A DNA stretch of 24,893 nucleotides, from NCBI GenBank assembly GCA_016926735.1, contig JAFGOA010000199.1, positions 1 through 24,893 on the forward strand. The letters are read 5' to 3'. Positions within the stretch are counted from its first letter, which is position 1. The number at the start of each line of letters is the position of its first letter. Positions 18,601 through 24,893 of the stretch are shown piece by piece. The notes under the pieces were generated by a model. That model had not been told where the DNA came from. It saw only the letters and a program-made list of their open reading frames with translations, and did not search any database. Made by a program: the position numbers and the translations under genes. This DNA is from Promethearchaeota archaeon. GTDB taxonomy: Archaea; Asgardarchaeota; Lokiarchaeia; Sigyniarchaeales; SOKP01.

Positions 18601-19212
18601 GACCAAGTTTATGATCCATCATCTAAAGAATTTAAATATTTATATAGTTTATTTAGCTTTAAACCTAAAAATATAAAATCTTTTTTGGGGAGAGAATCAC
18701 ATCATCATATAGAACCATTTCATTCATTACTTGAGAAAAACCTGATATTCCCTTACTTAGATTTGAAAAATCTGGGATTTAAAGAGAAGATATACATTTT
18801 TATTCCAAAGATTAGTTCAAAGATGAGAGATTTATTAGTTAGGATCTTTAGTTATTTTAACTATGTATTTTTATATGAGATTAGTGGAGATTTTTATATA
18901 AAAGAAACAAATAATATTAAAAGTTATGAAACGGGGTTATTCATTGAATTATATCTTCCAAATTGCGAATTTAGTGAATTTGAAAACACATTTTTTGATA
19001 TTTTTAAACGTATTAACGTTGGAAAGTATTTGATTCTTCATGATCTCGATAGAGCAAATATGATGATCTCTAATTTGTATGGAAATCTAGATTTTTTAAA
19101 AGAATATAATCCAATAACAAATCTTGAATGGAATAAAAAAGATAAAATATGGATGAATCCTAAGTTATTTGATGAAAAATTTAATTTTATTTATCCTAAA
19201 TTAAAGTTATAG
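15622..19212 (+). CDS. Large hypothetical protein (1196 aa) with repeated Lrp/AsnC-like segments
   Basis: Long uninterrupted ORF with no TM segment; recurring motifs PSYKINHFQMGVIPYILKI, KPAFQNFGLSNYYLWLK, PYLDLKNLGFKEKIYIFI and LNLLDFLIMD. The CDS is secure; the domain call is tentative. Confidence 0.75.
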   Translation: MADIFFDYINTSEENYESEKDLENIFLNLLDQISHNLDIDPVINKVKIYIEDDIIESQDIFSLGTNRDYHGSSVILHVSPKYKKFYQFIILREIYYCFLPLILYENKIIKIFINIIIQNNLKKHEECKQWSQIIKENIVDQEYLDAHFDLLGKFLEIQTEDNDNLTKFFFNYVRKNINLLEKKTVDFYDDLFTQFIFKISKTMRDDEIIETLRILIKIFYRVKSYKALHEYKRYFSEFKEAGTIKTELSLRKFVQNMRWIKNFTIISPSYKINHFQMGVIPYILKIDFHPKISKYKVRNILEKFPFLQNVRITENGFSTKMTGYEILPKQYKEDFILLLKKLENQGYTTKIYCIECDYIENNLNLNYFREYHNENILINKNHKKYNNEYEIQFKHKLEKDPPFFPLNLLDFLIMDSIRYFSITGFGFDPNRESIKQLKTKLMSEILNQASLIKNLKLELKKLYQNVDFKDHFLYILDYFKNAGSFFVKEFLESITILCKQIEEIISNNSEIYNISTFQTFLNKNNLSLFPYYIINDELKTRFINTLIPLFFSNKGLYKKEVKKYTLFLTIFKLCFNLKIFSLKAIEKITKNEEMVKIIYSKKQLKLNELYETYKSQELTYEKIDNIIDNYLNSEKPLIKPILINTIPTTHFAKYHLSITVKDNANTRRVIEKIKSNFPRFSLTRGSDIISNEKLDHIDIYFPNIEVGEKRKIILILKKLFKDDLIDTRRMFFHGCLFAYSLKDYFDFENSSFFYTKDLFEQYYLFIEKMFGRGFNKIEYNKDFYEDLGYNNDNFTDLIEKIRDRESREQNNYNIKDIYQLSEFHQNLNLYLLNQEKYKIIKKSAFFKKYVKTIKFKPAFQNFGLSNYYLWLKPTHFDQIDKKLLFSNTFLSIKNPIEFDKSSDAYLVNYIFPFRRPNDKYINWLAKSKKIVGEYFFFYIKKIYHILQFNNNLSSSDWNLNAKRFQNYSMNLLYNDHYKIKNPFIREFDLSSISDQVYDPSSKEFKYLYSLFSFKPKNIKSFLGRESHHHIEPFHSLLEKNLIFPYLDLKNLGFKEKIYIFIPKISSKMRDLLVRIFSYFNYVFLYEISGDFYIKETNNIKSYETGLFIELYLPNCEFSEFENTFFDIFKRINVGKYLILHDLDRANMMISNLYGNLDFLKEYNPITNLEWNKKDKIWMNPKLFDEKFNFIYPKLKL

Positions 19213-19394
19213 AAAAAAGTAACAAAACAGAGTCTTATAGAACTATATATTATGATTGATAGCTCAACCTTGTAATCAAATTTTGTTCGTGTTGATAGTA
19301 ATATATTTTTAAAAATATCAGAATTTTTATTATTGTACTCAATTAATATATTGGTTAAGGATTACTTTAACAATATTAAGAGGTAGGTACATTG

Positions 19395-19556
19395 ATGAAA
19401 GTTCAATATCCTGATCATTTTGAAAGATTTAGAAGTAGCTTTTCATGGAATAATAATGAAGAAAATATATTAAGTTATATTGAAAAAAATAGGGTAATAA
19501 AGAAAATTAGAGACTCTATAGCTGAAAAGCAAATTAAAAAAAGAAGGAACATTTAA
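19395..19556 (+). CDS. Small basic hypothetical protein (53 aa), not in the ORF track
   Basis: MKVQYPDHFERFRSSFSWNNNEENILSYIEKNRVIKKIRDSIAEKQIKKRRNI*; SD-like GAGGTAGGT at 19380-19388; sits in a 520-nt gap. Confidence 0.6.
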   Translation: MKVQYPDHFERFRSSFSWNNNEENILSYIEKNRVIKKIRDSIAEKQIKKRRNI

Positions 19557-19741
19557 ATAGTAATAAGAAAAAATATTGTAATAATATTAAATTAGAATCA
19601 AATTACTCTTCCTTTTGTTCATTAAATTATTTAGAATTACCGATTTTCAACTACTTTAAAATTTAGAGATTTATTAAAAAGATAAGTATTTAATTAGTTC
19701 ATAAATTAAGATTAATTAACAAATCAATCCTCTTGTGGTTT

Positions 19742-20200
19742 ATGAACATTAGAAAAGCAAGTGAAAAAGATATACCTAATTTAATTCAAATAATTATTGA
19801 ATATAAAAAAGAACAGAATATCTTATTTGAGATCAATCAAATTGAAGAATTAAGAAGGACTTTAGTTAATTCTATAAAAAATGAGGAAAATACACTGATT
19901 GTTAGTATTGATTCTGAAAGTCATATTGTTGATGGATTTATAAATTTTCATATATTGGATTTTCCACTAATTCTTGGAAAAGAATTATATATCTCTGATC
20001 TATTAATTCAAAGAAATAGTCGCGGAAAAGGTAAAGGAACATTATTATTAAAATATATTGAAGATATAGCCTATAATCAAGGATGTATTAGAATTATGTT
20101 AAATAATCGAATGGATTCAGAAGGATATATAAGAGATTTTTATAAAAAGAATGGGTTTTTTGAGAGAAATAATATCGCAAACTTTGTTAAGCATCTGTAA
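19742..20200 (+). CDS. GNAT family N-acetyltransferase
   Basis: MNIRKASEKDI start (ATG 19742 preferred to TTG 19733), LYISDLLIQRNSRGKGKGTLLL (motif A), DFYKKNGF. Confidence 0.92.
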   Translation: MNIRKASEKDIPNLIQIIIEYKKEQNILFEINQIEELRRTLVNSIKNEENTLIVSIDSESHIVDGFINFHILDFPLILGKELYISDLLIQRNSRGKGKGTLLLKYIEDIAYNQGCIRIMLNNRMDSEGYIRDFYKKNGFFERNNIANFVKHL

Positions 20201-20268
20201 ATTTTTATGATTATATCTATCAAAAATTAATGGGCAATCCCTTTTGGTCGTATTTAATATTTATTTTT

Positions 20269-20940
20269 CTATTTTTTAAAATAAAGGTATTTATTAGAAA
20301 TTTTTTTCTTTTCAACGAGATTGAATTCTGCTAATTTCTTCAGATATTTGGTAATTGTGTTAACATGCATCTTTAGATTTGTAGATAATTCTGATTTTGT
20401 TATTCCATCATTATTATAATCATTAAAGAACTCTATTATTTTATTTACCTTCTTTTTAGATAAATAAAATGATAATTCAACCTTTTTTGTATCTAAAGAT
20501 GATTCATGATAAACAAGATTATTTTCAATTTTTATTTCATTAATAATATTGAATTTCATAAGCATTTCTAAATGCCAAGTTGCAGATTGCCTTCCAATAT
20601 TAAATTTTTTCAATATTTTGGAATAATATACTCCGGGATTTTCTTTAATAAAATTATAGATCATTTTTCTAAGAGGAGGTCGTTTTAGGACTTTTTCTTT
20701 TGTTAATTTTGACCCTTCTGCAATGAGTTTTTGCTCAAATAAGGATTTTAAAATCCTGCATATTCCTTCTTCATTTAAATTTAAATCCATTTTTGTAATC
20801 CTAGATTTGATATATGGAATAACTTTTTTAATCTCAATATATCTATTCTTATTGAGATATTCAATAATATAAGATAAAACAATATCTTCATATTCTTTAA
20901 TATCAAAAGTCATTATGTCTTCTAGTTTTTCAACATTCAA
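20269..20940 (-). CDS. Predicted transcriptional regulator with tandem winged-HTH domains
   Basis: RKMIYNFIKENPGVYYSKILKKFNIGRQSATWHLEML and GITKSELSTNLKMHVNTITKYLKKLAEFNLV, typical of archaeal two-HTH proteins; TTG start. Confidence 0.85.
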   Translation of the reverse strand: MNVEKLEDIMTFDIKEYEDIVLSYIIEYLNKNRYIEIKKVIPYIKSRITKMDLNLNEEGICRILKSLFEQKLIAEGSKLTKEKVLKRPPLRKMIYNFIKENPGVYYSKILKKFNIGRQSATWHLEMLMKFNIINEIKIENNLVYHESSLDTKKVELSFYLSKKKVNKIIEFFNDYNNDGITKSELSTNLKMHVNTITKYLKKLAEFNLVEKKKISNKYLYFKK

Positions 20941-21080
20941 TTTTTATAGTATTTATGTTAATTTTTGATATAATTAATATTTTCTAATCTTCAGCATAAA
21001 TAAATATTAAATTTATTTCTTTAAATATGCATCTGGACTAAAATAATACATCATTTTTGGATTTCTTATTTTTGAATTAA

Positions 21081-23201
21081 TTATAATTCATTTTTATTTT
21101 TTAACTTAATCATCAATTGATTTCTCTCTTCTGGAGTTAAACTGCGCATATCTTCAAGGAATATACTTTTTTCTTCTTCTCCTAAATCTAATGATTCAAA
21201 TTCTTCTAAGAATTTTTTATCAAAAAAAGTTACATTAATATCTTCAGATTGATTAATTATATCTTCCGAAAGGTTCTCATCCCTAAAGATTTCATGAAGG
21301 GTCATAAATTTTTTATTAGTTTGAGTTGGAGATTTTTTTTCATTCAGATTCACATTATTTATTGAAGATGTAATCATCTTATCAATAATATAATTTCTTT
21401 CCTCTGGGGTTAAATATAACATATCTTCAAGAAATAATGCTTTTTCTTGAGAATCTAATTCTAAATTCTTAAATTTATCATAAAATTGTTTAGTGAAAAA
21501 AGTTAAATCTAATTCAGATTGATTAATTTTTTCCATTATATTATCGACTCCAAAAACTTCAATTAATTTTGAGATATTGATTTGAGGCTCTTTTAATTTA
21601 ATCTCTTTTTTCTTAGTTTTTTGAAAGAGAAACGGGATTGGTTTACCACAAATAATACAACCTACATTTTTTTCTGCTAGAGTAAAAGCACATTTAACAC
21701 AATATTTATGATGACATTCATAACATTCATAACCAGGACCATCAAACTTATCTTTATGCATAGTACATTGATCAATAAAGTCATGACATTCTTCTTGCAT
21801 AAATCTTTGAACTAATTCTTTTGAATAATGATCAGCTGTTTGTAATTCATTTTTCTCTTTAGATATTTCCATAGGTATTGGGGTCAATTTATCTGAATCA
21901 ATCTTTGACTTTGGTAATTTAGATTTGTCTAGTTGAGTATATTTTTCGAAATATTTTTTTTTTAAGTACGTTTTCTGTATTTTAATTTTCTTATTTTTAG
22001 CTTTTTTCTCAGAATATTTATTTTTTTGGTAATTTAATACAAAATAGGTTGATGGAATAGCAACTCCCGCAATACTTAGGATACTAATAGAGATTATAAT
22101 ACCTATATTGATTGGATTTGATGAGGTGAAGGTTATGTAAATTGAAAAATATATTTTATTAAGTACATAAGTTGTGCCATTTGAAAACCTACAATATGCT
22201 TGAAAGGAGTGTTTTCCATTTGAAAGGATTGGAATCACCCTATTACCAAATAATGTTTTATTATTTTGTCCATCTATTGAATATTTAATCCAATCCACTT
22301 GGGTAGAATTTGTATAACTAACTAAAATTCCCTCATAAAGATTATCTCCAAGATTATAATAAGGATCCCAAATAAATCCAAAAGCATCCCAATAAGAATT
22401 TAATCCATAATCTTCTATTGATGTTTCAATATATATTTTATCGATTGTATCCCCAGTAAAATCATTTTCAAATTCAATATTACTTACTCTTGCTATTTCT
22501 TCACCTTTTTCTGAAGATATAATCCATGTGAATTGTCCGTTGGTACCTGAATTACAATCAAATATAATTTTATGGTGACACCATATATTTGGATTGAGAA
22601 TTGCAATCTCTTGCCAATTTAGACCATTATAATATTGCATACTTCCATTCTGATGATTAAATTGAACTTGAAATGCAATTGTGTCACTACTAGATCTAAA
22701 TTGTATAGTTTCTCTCTGATTAATAGATCCTGATGGATTTTGAATAAAGAGATGATAATATTCAATTGTTCCAAGATATTGAGGATTTTTTATATAATGT
22801 ACTGCCCAAGTATTATTTGAACCATCGTTATCACTTATTCTTAGATAATTCTTATGTCCATTAAATGATTCTTCAATCATCCGAATCTCAGTACCAAGAG
22901 AAGAATTTTGATATTCATCTATAAAATCAATACTATTTCCAAGGGAATCATCAGTAACATTTTCGAATCCATATGTTGCAGGATAATATCCTGACATCGG
23001 TTGTGTATAAGTGATATTTTGTGGATTTAGGATAATGATGTCAGGAGCATTAATTTTTATAGTAGAAATATTATTATCAAAAGGATTATGAGTTACATTA
23101 CTTGATTTAAATGATATAATTGAAGAAATTGAAATAAATATAAGTAGAATAACTATTAATAAAATTTTAAATACTGACTTTTTTTTTTCCCTAAAATCCA
23201 C
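21081..23201 (-). CDS. Membrane protein: N-terminal signal/anchor, extracellular beta module, TM helix, cytoplasmic RING-like Zn finger, two helical repeats
   Basis: KKK + hydrophobic N-terminus; many N-x-S/T sequons; TM IGIIISISILSIAGVAIPSTYFVL followed by a Lys-rich stretch; CTMH..CYEC..CVKC..CIIC; duplicated FLEDM..LTPEER. Confidence 0.85.
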   Translation of the reverse strand: MDFREKKKSVFKILLIVILLIFISISSIISFKSSNVTHNPFDNNISTIKINAPDIIILNPQNITYTQPMSGYYPATYGFENVTDDSLGNSIDFIDEYQNSSLGTEIRMIEESFNGHKNYLRISDNDGSNNTWAVHYIKNPQYLGTIEYYHLFIQNPSGSINQRETIQFRSSSDTIAFQVQFNHQNGSMQYYNGLNWQEIAILNPNIWCHHKIIFDCNSGTNGQFTWIISSEKGEEIARVSNIEFENDFTGDTIDKIYIETSIEDYGLNSYWDAFGFIWDPYYNLGDNLYEGILVSYTNSTQVDWIKYSIDGQNNKTLFGNRVIPILSNGKHSFQAYCRFSNGTTYVLNKIYFSIYITFTSSNPINIGIIISISILSIAGVAIPSTYFVLNYQKNKYSEKKAKNKKIKIQKTYLKKKYFEKYTQLDKSKLPKSKIDSDKLTPIPMEISKEKNELQTADHYSKELVQRFMQEECHDFIDQCTMHKDKFDGPGYECYECHHKYCVKCAFTLAEKNVGCIICGKPIPFLFQKTKKKEIKLKEPQINISKLIEVFGVDNIMEKINQSELDLTFFTKQFYDKFKNLELDSQEKALFLEDMLYLTPEERNYIIDKMITSSINNVNLNEKKSPTQTNKKFMTLHEIFRDENLSEDIINQSEDINVTFFDKKFLEEFESLDLGEEEKSIFLEDMRSLTPEERNQLMIKLKNKNEL
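21102..21578 (-). repeat. Two ~68-aa intragenic repeats (about 21375-21578 and 21102-21311)
   Basis: INQSELDLTFFTKQFYDKFKNLELDSQEKALFLEDMLYLTPEERN vs INQSEDINVTFFDKKFLEEFESLDLGEEEKSIFLEDMRSLTPEERN. Confidence 0.85.
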
Positions 23202-23367
23202 ATTTAAAGATTATAATTTAAGACTAATAAAATTAATTGGGAAAACACTGAATATTCAATTTTTTAAAAAGCTTCTTATTTAAAGAAAAATAACTATAAT
23301 TCCAAGATTGATAAGCATATATTCCTAAAAATTAAAATCATTAAATAAATAAATGGAAAAAAAATAT

Positions 23368-24893
23368 TTAGGTATTAGGTTTGAATTTATTTTTTTTTAT
23401 AAATCCTATAATACAAATTGAAATTGCACTTATCATAAATAAAGCTAAAAGATCATATCCGGGTATTATAGGTTTATCTTTTTCTTTTACTTTTATTATC
23501 ACATCATGATACGCTGGATTTTCATGAGAATCAATAGCAATAATAGTATAGTTAAATTGCCCAGATGAATGTGTATCCACGGTAATTGAAATTACATCAC
23601 TATTTTCAAATGTACTCATACCTGCAAAGATATCATTAATAAAAATCTGATATGTTCCTCCATTGGGAGATAACAAAGTCCAATTGATCCTACAATATGA
23701 GTATTGTTGGATTTCAAGAATTGTGTTAATACCAATTATTTCTGGAGGGGTGAGATCTATGTCTATCGTGAATTGAACAAAATTAGAAGCAATATATTCT
23801 CCTAAGGATTTATTTCCAAATACTTGGATTGTATGTGCTCCATTATTTGGTAAAGAGATGGTTGTATTTCCCATGATAGTTCTATTTGCTAGTCCATCTA
23901 ATGAGTATCCCATCCAATCTAATTGAGTCGTATTTGTAAAGCTGAGTAATAAGCCCTCATTTAAGTTATATCCAATATTATAATTACTATCAGACGAGAA
24001 ACTAAAAGCATCAAGATAGACTACACCTTCCCATCCTGTATTTGTACCCATTCTAATTTTATTTACATTACCAGTATTATTGAAGATATCTGCATCACTC
24101 AAAACAATTTCGTTATTTATAGTGAAATTAGCTATATCATTTACCATATCAAAATCAATTCTTACATGAATCCATTCATCATCCTGATAATATTCTTCCG
24201 GAAGATAAATCCAATCTGTTGATGTTCTCCATTGCCATTGGCCATTATTAGCTGGGTCAACCCCAAAATCGATCTTAATATTATCATCTTCTCGTATTTG
24301 AAACTCACAACTAGTAGTCCCGCTGGCCTTTAAGAACCAGAACTCTATAATGTCCATAGTGGTTGTTGTAAAATCTAATTCACAAGTAGCAGCATGACTT
24401 GTCCAACTTGGATCAGAATATCCATCATAAAATTGTAGAATATTACTATGCCCTTTATATTCTTTTTGAACCTCAACAGAACAATAAGTATGATTTTGAG
24501 TGATATCTTCCCATTTTATTGGAAATTCTCCAATATTGTCATTCTCAAAACTATACGTTCCAGGATAATATCCCGCCATAGGCTCTGTATAGGTAATATT
24601 CTCAGGGGTAATAAGGTTTATTGATCCAGTATCCACTGTGAAATATCTCAAATCAGAAGAATAATAATTGCTTGAAGAATCATTTCCAAAGACTTGAATT
24701 GAATGTAATCCATTATTAGGTAAAGATATAGTTGTATTTCCAAGAATAGTTCTATTTGTTTGTCCATCTAATGAGTATCCCTTCCAATCTAATTGGGTTG
24801 TGTTTGTATAGCTGAGTAACAACCCTTCATTAAGATTATCTCCAATATTATAATTACTATCAGACGAGAAACTAAAAGCATCAAGATAGACTA
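23368..24893 (-). CDS. Cell-surface glycoprotein with Loki-CTERM-type anchor (5' partial, runs off the window)
   Basis: The frame stays open upstream of the track start 24822 (..VYLDAFSFSSDSNYNIGDNLNEGLLLSY) to the window edge. Repeated Ig-like segments (LDWxGYSLDG..NRTIxGNTTI), many sequons, C-terminus IIPGYDLLALFMISAISICIIGFIKKNKFKPNT. Confidence 0.88.
   Translation of the reverse strand, partial: VYLDAFSFSSDSNYNIGDNLNEGLLLSYTNTTQLDWKGYSLDGQTNRTILGNTTISLPNNGLHSIQVFGNDSSSNYYSSDLRYFTVDTGSINLITPENITYTEPMAGYYPGTYSFENDNIGEFPIKWEDITQNHTYCSVEVQKEYKGHSNILQFYDGYSDPSWTSHAATCELDFTTTTMDIIEFWFLKASGTTSCEFQIREDDNIKIDFGVDPANNGQWQWRTSTDWIYLPEEYYQDDEWIHVRIDFDMVNDIANFTINNEIVLSDADIFNNTGNVNKIRMGTNTGWEGVVYLDAFSFSSDSNYNIGYNLNEGLLLSFTNTTQLDWMGYSLDGLANRTIMGNTTISLPNNGAHTIQVFGNKSLGEYIASNFVQFTIDIDLTPPEIIGINTILEIQQYSYCRINWTLLSPNGGTYQIFINDIFAGMSTFENSDVISITVDTHSSGQFNYTIIAIDSHENPAYHDVIIKVKEKDKPIIPGYDLLALFMISAISICIIGFIKKNKFKPNT
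23810..24893 (-). repeat. Intragenic direct repeat with an 870-bp (290-aa) period
   Basis: About 23810-24023 matches 24680-24893; 23971-24023 and 24841-24893 are identical over 53 nt. Confidence 0.9.

Noticed and set aside
24820-24822. TTG start given by the ORF track for the last gene
   Set aside because: The frame continues upstream with in-register repeat sequence and there is no signal peptide, so the gene is truncated by the window.

Overview
Very AT-rich archaeal DNA, most likely an Asgard archaeon (Lokiarchaeia/Promethearchaeota). The evidence is an IPGY-TM-basic Loki-CTERM-type tail, a TPR-longin fusion, a giant multi-Lrp/AsnC-like protein and a double-wHTH protein. Gene order: U32-family Fe-S hydroxylase, carAB (eukaryote-like CPS signatures), small hypothetical, TPR-longin protein, group II branched-chain aminotransferase (ilvE), heterodimeric ABC exporter, hypothetical, aldo/keto reductase, 1196-aa protein, a 53-aa ORF missing from the track, GNAT, wHTH regulator, and two surface proteins sharing an Ig-like/ConA-like module. 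One of these has a cytoplasmic RING-like Zn finger, and the other is truncated at the window edge. The best find is an unannotated 29-codon ORF (8956-9045, MTLMNTKTEKNVFNYLAVALAAAIAVVVF) directly upstream of ilvE. It ends in 13 consecutive Leu/Ile/Val/Ala codons and is followed by competing RNA helices and U-tracts, making it a candidate leader-peptide attenuator in an Asgard archaeon. No rRNA, tRNA, CRISPR array or mobile element was recognised. All protein assignments come from motif recognition by eye, not database searches.
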